Shown: one piece after another, positions 30,350 to 43,050 of the stretch | Layout: every line of letters begins with the position of its first letter | How positions within the stretch are numbered: the first letter of the stretch is position 1 | NCBI RefSeq assembly: GCF_009914755.1 | Contig: NC_060932.1 | Reading direction: 5' to 3' (one strand) | Length of the DNA: 64,000 nucleotides | Source of the DNA: the human T2T-CHM13v2.0 reference genome, Homo sapiens | Notes under the pieces: model-generated | Seen by the model: only the letters and a program-made list of their open reading frames with translations | What the model was told of the DNA's origin: nothing | Databases searched by the model: none | Translations under genes and position numbers: made by a program

Positions 30350-30695
30350 TGCAGGCCAGAGCCTGCAGAGCACACACTGACCTGAAATGTGAGTAATAAG
30401 GTGTTTCCTATATGAACCTGTCCAAGGAAGAAGTTGAACGTCCTACAGTTTCCCCTTGGACCCTAAGCAAGGAGCTCTGGAGCCAATATTGCCCACCGAG
30501 TGTCCCGCCTTACTCATTCACCAGACGTGAGCTGCTCCAAGAGGGGCACGCCCTCTAGGGAGGCAGCTCTGCCCCTCCGGCAGACCCTGAAGTTGCTGAC
30601 TGCTGATGGCTATCTGCAGCCTGCCTTCCGCTGGGCTGGATAGCAAGTCCTTCCCTGAAGGGGGAACTCGGTGGCACATTTCTTCACCTACCACA
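30350..30695 (-). mobile_element. LTR16A-like ERVL LTR
   Basis: GGAGCTCTGGAGC, GAGGCAGCTCT, AAGTCCTTCCCTGAAGGGGGA...ACCACA terminus. Confidence 0.6.
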
Positions 30696-31052
30696 ATATC
30701 TCATAGGCACTTTAACTACAAAACAAAATTGAGCTAATTCCCTCAAAACTCACTTTCTTCCAACTGTTCCTGACCTCTGGAAATAGCACCCTCATCTATG
30801 CAGTTGCACACACCAGAAACCCAACTCTGATCCTAATGCCGCTTTTCCCTCGCACCCTGCCCTTAGCCTAACCTTAGTACTGTCTCTGCTCAGTGATTGA
30901 AATAATCTTCCAACTGCCCTCCCCACATCCTCTCAGCCCCATCTAGACCTTTCTTTACACTCAAACAGAGGGAATGACCCTTTTAAAACACAAATATATA
31001 CTATCTCTTAGCCTGGCTTCCCATTACTCTTAGAATAAAGATCAAAATCTTT

Positions 31053-31312
31053 TACTGTCCCAGCCTATAGGAGGACAAGGCAGGTGTGTCACTTGAGCCT
31101 AGGAATTCAAGACCAGCCTGGGCAACATTACAAAAACCCATCTCTACAAAAAATACAAAAATTAGGTAGGCATGGTGACACATGCCTGCAGTCCCAGCTA
31201 CTTGGGAGGCCAAAATGTGAGGATCAACTGAGCTGGGGAGGTGGAAGCTGCAGTGAGACATGATTGGGCCACTACACTCTAGCCTGGGTGATGGAGTAAA
31301 ACCCTGTCTCAA
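31053..31312 (+). mobile_element. AluJ lacking the first ~22 nt and the A-tail
   Basis: CTTGAGCCTAGGAATTCAAGACCAGCCTGGGCAAC...ACCCTGTCTCAA. Confidence 0.9.
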
Positions 31313-31651
31313 TTTCTTTAATCCTTTACTGGAGTCACAAGTTCCTGCATAATCTGGCTCCTCCCTCCCCATGGGTCTGGGTAGTTCAGCTATAAGGGAC
31401 TTCATTCAGGCCCTAGAAATATGCAATGCTCATTCCCATCTCAGACCTTTGCATATGCTGTTTGCTCTGCCTGAAATAGACTGTCATCATTCCCCACTCA
31501 ACCCAACTGACACCAATTTGCCCTTAAGATTTCAGCTTTAGTGTCTGTTTCTCAGAAAATCTTCTCTGACCTCCAGACTCCCTGTGAAAGGATATTGCAT
31601 CACCGTAATTATCAGCACAATTGCAATGGTATAGAAACAGTTAATAACATA

Positions 31652-32303
31652 CAGTCAATGTCTGATGCAGGTTAGTGCCTTAATTCAAGGATTTCATGTC
31701 TGCAAATTTGCCCACTCACTAAAATTTAGTTTAGTAACCTCCAAATCAATACTTATGATGCTTTCATGGTCATTCATTGACACGCACAAAGTAGAAGAAA
31801 TTTTGAGTTGTCTGATGCACATGTCGGACCAGCTGAGGTCCAACATGGTGGCATTCTGCCTTCTTGTTTCTACTCTCATACTGTAAATATTCTTTTTGTG
31901 ATCTAGTTACTGCCACATTTTTCACATTTTTGTGTCTTTTTTGACGATTTCATTGTTTAAAAATGGTCCCCAAGCATTAAAGTGCTGTCTAGTGTTTCTA
32001 AGTGCAAAAAGGCTGGGATGTGCCTTACAGAGAAAATAGGTAAATTTCATTCAGGCATGAGTGATATGCTGTTAGCCCTGAGTTCATGTTAATGAATCAA
32101 CTATATTAAATAAGACGTCTTTAAACAGAAACACACATAAAACAAGGTTATATATTGATTAGCTGACAAAAATGTCGTGACCAGAGGCTCACAGGAACCT
32201 AACTCTGTGTTTCCCCCTAAGAGCAATGGCGCCGTGTTTGCTAATTTAGTGTTCCAGGTGACTTTATAGAACTTTCCTACCTAAAAAAAATGAAAGCCCC
32301 TGC
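31652..32303 (+). mobile_element. MER82 (TcMar-Tigger DNA element)
   Basis: TA-CAGTC start; CTTTAAACAGAAACACACATAAAACAAGGTTA; GACCAGAGGCTCACAGGAACCTAAC. Confidence 0.85.
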
Positions 32304-32477
32304 AATTAGTTTTTTTATTATCTCTCCCCCGACAAAATGTAAACTCCAAAAGAACAGGAACAGTTTGTCTTAATCACAGTTGTATTCTCAACATGGGGCC
32401 TTGTACATAGAAGAATCTTGGTAAGTGTTTGCTGAATGAATGAAAATGAACAGCATCTTCTAATAGCAAGAATGTAT

Positions 32478-32791
32478 TTTTTATAACAAAAAAATACAGG
32501 GTCTCACTGTTGCCCATGCTGGAGTGTGCTGGTTCAATTATAGCTCACTGCAGCCTCAAGCTCCCAGGCTCAAGCCATCCTCTCACCTCAGCCTCCCAAG
32601 TATAGCTGGGACTGCAGGTGCACCTCCATGCCTGGCTAAGTTTTGTATTTATTTATTTATTTTTTTAACAGAAACAAGGTCTCAAACATGTTGCCCAGGA
32701 TGGTCTTGAATATCTGGGCTCAAGTGGTTCCCACACCCTGCCCCTGCCTCCCAAGTGCTGGGATTACAGGTGTGAGCCACCACACCCAGCC
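32478..32791 (-). mobile_element. AluJ
   Basis: ACAGGGTCTCACTG...TATAGCTCACTGCAGCCTC...GGGCTCAAG. Confidence 0.92.
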
Positions 32792-32944
32792 AGGATACAT
32801 TCTTGTATGACCGTTTACTGCAAAGCCAGGACCACAGGGGCCCTTCTGTGACACACAAACCTCATTCTGTGAATACTCTTTGCTCTCTTAGTAAATGCTA
32901 AGACATGAATTGATGAAGCAATATATTTATGAGGCAATCCTATT

Positions 32945-33085
32945 TCAGGAAATAGGAAACCTGAATTCCGGTCCTGCCCTTGTGACAATTAATGACATGG
33001 GGGAGAAGCCCCTCAACTGGAGTCTTTGTTTCCTCATCTGTAAAATAAAATAGACTTCTGAGTTCCCTGCCAGCTCCGAGATTTC
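32945..33085 (+). mobile_element. MIR
   Basis: GTTTCCTCATCTGTAAAAT. Confidence 0.65.
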
Positions 33086-33699
33086 AGCTTGCCCAGCAGT
33101 GCAACCCATGTCCAACTCTGCTGCTAGAATGTGCCTCTGATATTGTACGTAAGCCCCACAGAGCAGGGACTTTGGAGGTTTGGCTCTGCCACATCACCAG
33201 TGTCTAGAGAGTGTCCACACAATATGTATTTAGACAATCTATGAGTGAATCTGTCTCCTAAAAATCCAGGCTTCTAGTTCCCAATATTAAGCCTATCCCC
33301 TATTATCTTTGCAGACACTTAAGAGCATGTCACTATATTCAGATACTATCCTTCAGATTTCAGCGTGTTGTTATTAATAGGAAACTGCAAGCAAGGTTTT
33401 TCATGACTTAGGTTTTCCCTAAAAGTGTAAGTGCTACATGTTCTCTAGAAAATTTGGCAAATATATAAAGGAAAATATAAAGGTACCTTAATAGGTTATC
33501 ACCCAAAACTAAGAAATATTATCAATGCATGTTCCATATTTTCTAGGGTTTTTTTTAAGTTTTGTTTCTAATCCATGAGGATTCCATTTTTGTATTTCTT
33601 ATAAGCCTTCAATAAATTCAACTAGTTAGCCAGCGATGCTTATTGGATAAAAGACACAAATATTCATTACATGCTTAACGTGTACACAAGTTAATTCAT

Positions 33700-34292
33700 C
33701 ACCTCCTACTGGCTCTGCAAACATACCTCTCACCATTCTCCAGTGGCCCAAGTCGGAATCCTAGAAGTCATCTTCACATTTTCCAGTGGTTTTTACTATG
33801 TCTAATAGGGCTCTGGGTCTTCTTTAAGATCTCTTTAGCAAGCAAAAGTTAAGATCTCCTTAACTTTTGTATTACCTGTGTCTCCCAGCCTGCATTCACA
33901 ACCTTCCCCAACTGACAAGGACCAGATTGAGCACTTCTGGCTCCGCAAATGTGCTGTGCCCTTCCCGGACCTCAGGCCTTCACGCCTTCTGCTTATTTCA
34001 AAATGCCCTTCAGAATCCCTTCCCCTGCTTACCTCCTACTTGCCCTTCAGAATCCAACTCAGACATAACTCCCGCAAAGAAACTGAACTTAACTCTTGAG
34101 GCTGCATCAAGTTTGTGCCTTCCCTGCAATGATGCCATAGCTCAGGTGACTTACATTTTCTAAGTTTATCTTTATTTATCTGTCTCCCATAAAGACTAAG
34201 CTTTTTGAGATTATAGGACTTATCATATTCTTAGTTATATCTTCCAATGTCAGACACAAGAAAGTTGCTTAAAAATGTTAATTGGAATGAAC
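33700..34292 (+). mobile_element. L2 fragment
   Basis: CCTAGAAGTCATCTT, ATCTGTCTCCC...GACTAAGCT...GAATGAA. Confidence 0.5.
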
Positions 34293-35329
34293 GCAACATT
34301 CCTTTCTCTACTGATTTGTAATTCTACTTTTATGATATACTTAATGTGATGTGCACTAAGATCTATTGCTTGACCTTATTTTGTTAAAGCTGTTTCTCCC
34401 TATCCTTATCACGTTATGTTATTTTAATGTATCACATTATTTTAATGTACTATGGTCTCATAATACATTTTAATATCTGATAAGGCACACTGTACACACG
34501 CACACATTATTTGTATTTTCTCATCTGTCTAGTCTATGAGATGACCTTGAAAACTACATGTTAGGTTTTCTCAGTCTTTGCAAATTACCTTTGGCATTTT
34601 AATAGGATTATACTAGATCTAAAAGGGTAATTGTATCACCTGCAAGTAATATTTTTATCTCTTCCCCCAAAAATTGTAAAGTTCTCATTTCTGTTACTTG
34701 GGTTACTGAATTGGCTTGAACTTCAGGGAACACTAAATACATTTATGATAGCAGATATCCCTGGAAATGTACCTTAATATCCAGATTTTATCAGTATTAT
34801 GAGCTATAAAATACTTAGAAAAGACTAATTTACTCCAGTATGGCATTAAATAACAAAATTATTTGCAGGGAAAAAACAAACCAGGAGCCTAATTGTCTAA
34901 ATAGGCTTTTTATCCTAAGGGCTTTGATATTGCCTCAGAAACATAAAATAAGGTAAAATATCTCAGAGCTGTTAAGTTTCTAATCACATTTCAGATTTAT
35001 ATTTTTCCACCATTGACCAATAGGAAGAAAAATTTCTGTGATCTTGACAAGAATGATTAATAGATGTTACAGCAATTTTTGTTTTGTTTTGTATTTTTGG
35101 TTTGTTTTGTTTTGCATTTTTTGTTTGTTTTGTTTCTGAGAGTGCAAGTTGCAGTTCAATTTGTCCACAGCCTTTCTGGAAAGTTGGAGACCACACCCTT
35201 AACCTTCACTTTATTATTTGTTGAGCTCTTAGTCTGTGCAGAAACCATGCTCTGTGTTACATGCATTGTTTCATTTAATCTCATTTAATGCTTTACCAAT
35301 CAGGGCTCTTTGAGAACCAACAGGATATG

Positions 35330-35781
35330 AATATCCTATTGCATGGAAATCTCCTCAGCTCAATATCCAAGTTCATCACTTGCAAGTTCTACTTTCCACC
35401 CAATGACAGAACATAATTCAGACAAGTTTTCCACCGATTTTTAACCTTTCCTCCAGTGTTCAATAATGCTGATTTCCACCTGAGACCTCACCAGAAGGTC
35501 CTTCAGTATTTCAATTTCTAGCAATGTTCTGTTCGTGACAGTACATATATTCTCTTGGGCAATAGAAGCCTTCTCTACAACTTTCTTCTCTTTGTTCTGA
35601 GCCCACAAAAAAATTGCTTTTAATGTCCATGTATCTACCATCAATTCTTCAAGGCAATCTAGGTTTTTGCTATGAACTATTTCAAAATTATTCCAATCTA
35701 TAACCATTACCCAATTCCAAAGCCACTTTCACATTTTTGGGTTTTTGTTATAACACCACCACACTTCCTGGTACCAAAATC
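35330..35781 (-). mobile_element. MLT1-int (5' part of the MaLR internal region)
   Basis: Abuts the LTR with reverse GATTTTGGTACC; TTCCAAAGCCACTTTCACATTTT. Confidence 0.75.
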
Positions 35782-36257
35782 TGTATTAGTTTCCTCGGGC
35801 TGCCTAAGAAAAGTACTACAAATTGGGTGGCTGAAAACAAGAGTAATTTATTCTCTCACAGTTCTGAAACCTAGAAGTCCAAATTACTCAAGGTGTTGGC
35901 AGGCCCATGCTCCCTCTGAAGCTTTGAGGAGAGGACCCTTCCTTGCCTCTCCCAGCTTCTGGTGGCCCCAGGCATTCCTTGGCTTGTGGCTCCATCACTC
36001 TCATCTTTGCCCCCATCTTCACATGGTCATCTTGTCTGTGTCTGTGCATCTCTGTGTCTTCACATGGCATTCTCCTTGTGTGTCTGTGTCCAAATTACCC
36101 TCTTCTGATAAGGACATCAGTCAAAATTGAATTAAGGCCCAACCTAATGACCTCATTTACACTCAATTAAATGTGCAAAGACCTATTTTCAGATTGCAAG
36201 TACTGGAGGTTAGGACATTAAAATATCTTTTGGGGGGTATATAATTCAATCCATGAT
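35782..36257 (-). mobile_element. MLT1C-type MaLR LTR (5' LTR of a truncated provirus)
   Basis: TGTATTAGTTTCCT...CCATGCTCCCTCTGAAG...CATTCCTTGGCTTGTGG. Confidence 0.88.
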
Positions 36258-36469
36258 TTTAAGATCATTAATTTTTGTGGAGGGTGTTATTTCATTTTTA
36301 AACGCAAACACTCAGTCTTAAAGGGACTAAGGAACCTGATCAAAATTGCATGGTTTGTAAATTATAAAGCTGTAACTCATACCTAGGTCTGACTAACACC
36401 AAACCCATATTCTAACTTATTGCCTAAGAAATTGTTAATGCTATGCCTAAAAATCTAATCAGCAATGCC

Positions 36470-38125
36470 AGTCAGTGCTTCTTGGTTGAATTTGACACAA
36501 CTCCATTCACTCCTTCCTGAAATAATTTCACTTGGCTTTCCTGAGAACTCATGCTACAGACAGCCCTTCTGTGTCACCGTAGCTTTCTCTCAGTCCTTTC
36601 ATTGGCTTTAGCTTTCCTGTTGGAGCTCCTTGTATAGTACGGCCCCAGGGTAGGTCCACTTCTCTGAGAAATCTCTCCTTCAGTGCTCTCAGTATGACTT
36701 AAATACCACTCTATGCCAGTGTCTCTCAGATATATAACCCCACCTATGACCTGTCCACTAAACAACAGATTTGTCATTTCCATTGCCAGGTTATGTCTCT
36801 CCTTACATGTCTAATACTTTTCTTCTCGACATGGCAGAACTATTTGAGGTTCTTGTCGAAAACAAGCAAAGTCCTATCCTGATCATTTATGCAGATATGG
36901 TATTTGTAGGGTATTAGATAGCTGGCAAGATTCCTAGGAGGACAAGAGACTCAGATTTAAGGGCCAACAGCCAGGGACAATCCCCATATCACAATGTGGA
37001 ACTGCTGGAGGGAGATACTAGTACTACCATTGCTGGGTAGACACTGGACTCAGATGGTATGCCTAAAATCTCTGCATTTGCTGCCTCTGAAAACTGATGA
37101 GGCTGCTGACTCCATGGCCAGAATGGATGCCAACTTGGAGCTTCACATGTGTGTCTGATTGAGCCAGGGTCACAAGCTGCAACCCAGCTCTGGGGGCCAC
37201 TGGTAAAGCAGGATTCTGACTTACATCTTAGAGAAACAGATTCCTAAAGTAGGGAAATCCCCAAACATAGGAAGGATGCTCAGTTATGCTCAGTGGCTAA
37301 GAAGAATGACCAATGTCCACCACAGTGGCCAAGTAGAACTCCTGACTCTCCTCAGTTCACCAATATCCTCAAGCTCTACACCACAGAATCATACCTGATG
37401 GTGTCTTCCCTTATTCTCCACGTCCAACCTGTCATCAAATTGTCTCATTTCTCTCTGTCTCTAAAATATTGTTGGAGTTCATCCCTTTTTCTCCGTCCAA
37501 GCTACTTGCATCATTTGCTTGGACCATGTGCTACAGTTGCCTCAAAGCTGGTGCTCCCACTTCCACTCTTGTCCCTAGACAGTCCAGTCTTTACACAGCA
37601 AACAGGTGGTCTTCTAAAACTACAAACTAGGTCAATTTATTCTCTGCTTTAAGCCCTCCAGAGTATTCACCCTGGCATACAAGGTGCTGCATAGTCTGGT
37701 TCCTGCTCAACCCTCTAGCCTCACTGCATGTCTGTGTGCCTGCCTTTGCTGAGCTCCAAGCATGGCTACACAGGAATTCTCTCCTATCCTTGGCTACAAC
37801 AGGGTCATTTCAACCACAGGATCTTTGCGGTTGTTTCCTCCACCCTAAAGTCTTTCCATAGCTGGATCCTTTTTGCCTTTCAGATCTCAGCTCAACAGTC
37901 ACCTCTTCTGATATCTATCATTCTAAGGGAGTTCCTCTACACTCTGTCCTATCCTCAGTTTTATTTACAATAGCATTTATTATAATGTGACATTATCTTT
38001 CTTCTGTTTTATTGGCTGTCTCTCTTGGCCAGCTTGCAAGTTTATCCAATTTTATCTACCTGTGTATTCTTAGGGCCTTCAACAGTGCCTGGCACAGAGT
38101 AGAGATGACAGATATACTTGTGAAG
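36470..38125 (+). mobile_element. L2, interrupted by an old MLT1
   Basis: CTCAGATATATAACCCCA, CAGATCTCAGCTCAA, ACAGTGCCTGGCACAGAGTAG. Confidence 0.6.
36830..37324 (-). mobile_element. Old MLT1 (N2/M/L-like) LTR
   Basis: TGTCTGATTGAGCCAGGGTCACA; ends AATGTCCACCACA. Confidence 0.5.
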
Positions 38126-38649
38126 TGTCATCAGGGATCAAAGAAATTGCATTGACTAAGGACTCTACAGCCAGAAAAAGATAAAATCACTAAGCTCTGT
38201 GGTGGTCAGAAAAGATTTCATTGAACTATTGAATCCTAAGCTTAGCCATGAGGAATGGGTAACATGTGGACTTTCAGTTCGATCAGTTAACAGGATCCTA
38301 AACTAATAGGAAACATGACAGGTGAGGAAGAGGAATTAGGAAAGGTTCAGAAGTGTAATGGGGAATCACAGTGAGAAAGTTTAAGATTGCAAGAGGCCAA
38401 AAGAGAGCACCATTATGCACAGAGGTGGCCATCCCCTACTTGCAACTGGCTCAAGGCCATTCCTACTGGAGCATGCTCTCATCTGCAAATCATGTGCAAG
38501 TTTTCAGTGGCAGTCATGTGCTGACATCTCCTTATCTACAAGGAACCTCAAAGTCCCTTGAACATCTCATCAGGCTAGGATCTGGAGCTGATGGTCACAG
38601 CACCAGGGTGGACACACAGGGAGCAGAGAGACACAGGACTCAAGAAATA

Positions 38650-40604
38650 ACAGGAAGTCAAACTGTCACTGTTTGCTGATGATATGATTGTACACCTAGA
38701 AAACCCCAAAGACTCCTCTGAGAAACTCCCAGAACTGATAAATGAATTCATCAAATTTCTAGGATACAAAATTAATGTACACATATCAGTAGTTCTGCTG
38801 TATACCAACAGCGACCAAGCTGAGAATCAAATCAAGAACTCAACCCCTTTTTACAATAGCAGCAAAACAATTAAATATTTAGGAATATACCTAACCAAAG
38901 AGGTAAAAGACATCTACAAGGAACACTACAAAACACTGCTGAAAGAAATCATGGATGACACAAACAAATGGAAACACATCCCATGTTCATGGATGAGTAG
39001 AATCAATATTGTGAAAATGGCCATACTGCCAAAAGCAATCTACAAATTCAATGCAATTCCCATCAAAATACCACCATCATTCTTCACAAAACTAGAAAAG
39101 ACAATCCTAAAATTCATATGGAACCATAAAAGAGCCCACATAGCCAAAGCAAGACTAAGCAAAAAGAACAAATCTGAATGCATCACATTACCTGACTTCA
39201 AATTATACTATAAAGCCATAGTCACCAAAACAGTACAGTACTGGTATAAAAATAGACACATAGACCAATGGAACAGAATTGAGAACTCAGAAATAAAGCC
39301 AAATACTTACAGCCAACCGATCTTTGACAAAGCAAGCAAAAACAAAGAGGGTAAAGGACACCCTGTTCAACAAATGTTGCTGGGATAATTGGCAAGCTAC
39401 TGGTAGAATAATGAAACTGGATCCTAATCTCTCACCTTATTCAAAAATAAACTCAAGATGGATCAAGGGCTTAAATCTAAGACCTGAAACCATAAAAATC
39501 CTAGAAGGTAACATCAGAAAAATGTTTCTAGATATTAGCTTAGGCAAAGACTTCATGACCAAGAACCCAAAAGCAAATGCAACAAAAACATTAATAGGTG
39601 GGACTTAAACTAAAAGGTTTCTGCACAGCAAAAGAAACAATCGGCAGAGTAAACAGACAACCCACAGAATGGGAGAAAATCTTCACAATTTATATATCTG
39701 ATAAAGAACTAATATCCAGAATCTACAGGGAACTCAAACAAATTAGCAAGTAAAAAACAAACAATCCCATTGAGAAATGGGCTAAGGACATGAATAGTCA
39801 ATTCTCAAAAGAAGATATTCAACTGGCCAACAAATGTATGCAAAAATGCTCAACATCACTAATGATCAGAGAAATGCAAATCAAAACCACAATGTGATAC
39901 CACCTTACTCCTGCAAGAATGGCCATAATCAAAAAATCAAAAATAGGAATGTGGTAAAAAGGGAACACTTTTACACGACAGGTGGGAATGTAAACTAGTA
40001 CAACCACTACGGAAAACAGTGTGGAGATTCCTTAAAGAACTAAAAGTAGAACCACCATTTTATCCAGTGATTCCGCTACTGAGTATCTACCCAGAGAAAA
40101 AGAAGTCACTATACAAAAAAGATACTTGCACACACTGTGTATAGCAGCACAATTCACAATTGCAAAAATATGGAACCAGCTCAAATGCCGATCAATCAAT
40201 GAGTGGATACAGAAATTGTGGTATATATATACCATGAAATACTATTCAGCCATAAAAAGGAATGAAATAATGATGCTCACAGCACCCTGGATGGAATTGG
40301 AGGCCAGTATTCTAAGTGAAGTAATTCAGGAATAGAAAACCAAACACCCTATGTTTGCTTCACTCCTAAGTGGAAGCTAAGCTATGAGGATGCAAAGGCT
40401 TAAGAATGATACAATGGACTAGGGACTTGGAAAGGGTGGGAGGGGGTGAGGAATAAAAGGCTACAAATTGGGTACAGTGTATACTGCTCAGGTGATAAGT
40501 GCACCAAAATCTCACAAATCACCACTAAAGAACTTACTCGTGTAACCAAACACCACCTGTTTCCTAATAACCTATGGAAATTAAAAAAAAAAAAAAAAAA
40601 AAAA
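38650..40604 (+). mobile_element. 5'-truncated L1PB1-like (RT C-terminal ORF2 pseudo-coding region, 3'UTR, poly-A)
   Basis: [13 protein letters not shown] at 38669 onward; track ORFs 38684-39388 and 39324-39608. 3' end CACCACTAAAGAACTTAC...AACCTATGGAAAT followed by an A-run. Confidence 0.92.
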
Positions 40605-41689
40605 GGAAGAAGGGAAGTAAATCCAGAAACCTCAAAATAGAATCACATTGAGAAGCACACAAAAGAGGAATGTCAGGCCCATGAACGATAAAAGGGGAGA
40701 AACAGAGGCAGTTATCCAGGAGGGAGGGAAAGCCTGGACTCCATGAATGCACAGTGGCATAACCCCCATGTGACAGTGACACCCACCTCACTGCCTGCTC
40801 AGGATCAGCCTGCCTGCTCATCATCATCTGCTTACCCTTGAAGCCCAGGTCCCTGAGCCTGGAGAGGAGGAAGCAACAATACACGTTAGCAAATTGAAGA
40901 AGAAATAATTTTTTTACTGCTGCAGTCCCCCCGTATTAATTAAGCTGGTAATTAGATGCAAGTTTCTCTCTAAATTGCATATTCATCTTCTTCTAACAGC
41001 ACTTAATGACTACGATCTGTATATTAAAAACTTAACACTACCAGCTTGCATAAATTCCTGTATTTGTCCATGGTCAGCAAGTTTCAGAAGCTGGATAAAA
41101 CCTAAAGTCTCTTCTCAGGAAGCTGGGGGATGGGTTTATTAAGGAACTTATAAATTCTGAGAACCCTGCCTAAGAATAACAATCTATGAATTTCCTAAAG
41201 AGTTGGTGTGCAAATTATCTGCCTGTGGGTTTTCTCCTCTCTGGATTTTCTATAATATTCCTTTGGTCTCAATACGGGTTAATTCACTGTCAACTATGCT
41301 TCTTACTAGCTGTCCCCCATCCCTAACACTGCACCATTTCTTGACCCACGTGCTGAGGGGATGCAAACTGGAGTTAACAACAACCTGAACAAGGAAGCAG
41401 GCCATTAACATCATATTGTGTGCCTGTGAAGAAATAACATACCTTTACCTGTAAATCCTTGTTTCCCATTTCAGAGGTGTTTTATATTTTTAACATGGGA
41501 TCTGTACTAGGGTTGAGGCTGTGGGAGGCTGGTGAGTTTCCACTTGGAGGAGGTGGTCACCAAATTAGGAGAGGGGCTTGTCCCCAAAGACGTGGCTCTA
41601 GGCAGGCCACTATGAATCATGAACTTCTATGTGGCATTCTGTATTCCTTGTATATAACAAAGATTTCAAATTTAATAAGAAAAAAAGGC

Positions 41690-43050
41690 AGGATGAGATA
41701 TTTTTAAAATACAAGACACCTCACCAAAAAACATATAAAAATAGCACATAAGCATATTGTCTCAGACTATTTGTGTTGCTATAACAAAATATCTTGGACT
41801 GCATGGCTTATAAACAAATTTTTTCTTACAATTCTGGAGGCTAGGAAGTCCAAGATTAAGATGCTGGCAGATTCAATACCTGGTGAGGGCTGCTTTCTGG
41901 TTCATAGACGGTGCCTTCTTGCTATGTCTTCACATGGTGGAAGGGGCAAACAAGCTCCCTGGGGCCTATTTTATAAGGGTACTAATTTCATTCATGAGGA
42001 CTCCACTCTCATGACCTAATCACCTTCCCAAAGGCCCAACCTCCTAATCTTACCAACTTGATGATTAGGTTTCAGCATTTGAATCCTGGGGGGGCCACAA
42101 GCATTTAGACCATAGCACATATGAAAATATGCTCCACATCATATGTTATTAGGCAAATGAGAATTAAAACAATCAGATACCACTACGCATCTATTTGTCT
42201 AGTAGAATGGCCACGAAACAGAACACTGAAAACATCAGATGCTGACAAAGATATAGAGCAACAGGAACTCTCATTCATTACTTGTGAGAATGCAAAGTGG
42301 TACAGCTACCTTGGAAGACAGGAGCTTTTCTTACAGAAACCAAATGTATTCTTACCATAGGATCCAGAAATTGTGCTCCTTGGTATTTTCCCAACGGAGT
42401 TAAAAACTTAAGTCCACACAAAAGCCTGCACACATTTATAGCAGCTTTTTTATCACTGCCAAAATTTGGAATCAATTGTAATGTCCTTCAGTATGTGAAT
42501 AATAAAATGTGGTACACCCAGACAATAGAATATTCAGGGCTAAAAGGAGATTAGCTATCAAGCCATGCAACGACATGAAGGAATGTTAAATGCATACTAC
42601 TAAGTGAAAGAAGTCAATCTGAAAAAACTACATACCGTATGATTCCAACTATATGACATTCTGGAAAAGGCAAAACTATGGAGACGGCAAAAAGGTCGGG
42701 GTCAGTGGGGAGGGAGGAATGAAGATCAAGGGTCAGTGAAGAGGGAGGTGGAGCAGAGGATTTTTAAGGCAATTAAACTACTTTGCTTGATAGTATAATT
42801 GTAGAGAGATACACATTTCTCCAAACCCATAGAATGTCCAACATCACAAATGAAATCCAATATAAACTAGGGACTTTGGGTGACGATGTGTGAAGGAAGG
42901 TTCATCAAATGCACAACTCTGGTGGAGGATGTTGATAATGGGGGATCCTGTCTATGGGTGGGAAAAGGGATATATGGAAACTTTCTGCACCTTCCACTCT
43001 ATGTTGCCATGAACTTAAATCTCCTCTTAAGAAAATAAACTCTAAAAAAA
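41690..43050 (+). mobile_element. L1MC1-like 3' region
   Basis: GAGCAACAGGAACTCTCATTCATT, ATGATTCCAACTATATGACATTCTGGAAAAGGCAAAACTATGGAGAC. Confidence 0.82.
41758..42117 (-). mobile_element. MLT1A/MLT1A0 solo LTR
   Basis: TG...CA termini. Perfect 5-bp TSD CATAT at 41753-41757 and 42118-42122. Confidence 0.9.

Larger units (their letters stand above)
28600..32445 (+). mobile_element. Fragmented L2 hosting several nested elements
   Basis: Collinear L2 pieces between inserts (CTCACAGAGAAA, TTGTCTACACTCACTGTCTC, CACCCTCATCTATGCAGTTGC, CCTTTGCATATGCTGTT), ending GCTGAATGAATGAA. Confidence 0.6.

Noticed and set aside
35672-36130. 152-aa ORF
   Set aside because: It is an antisense reading of the MLT1 LTR and internal sequence.
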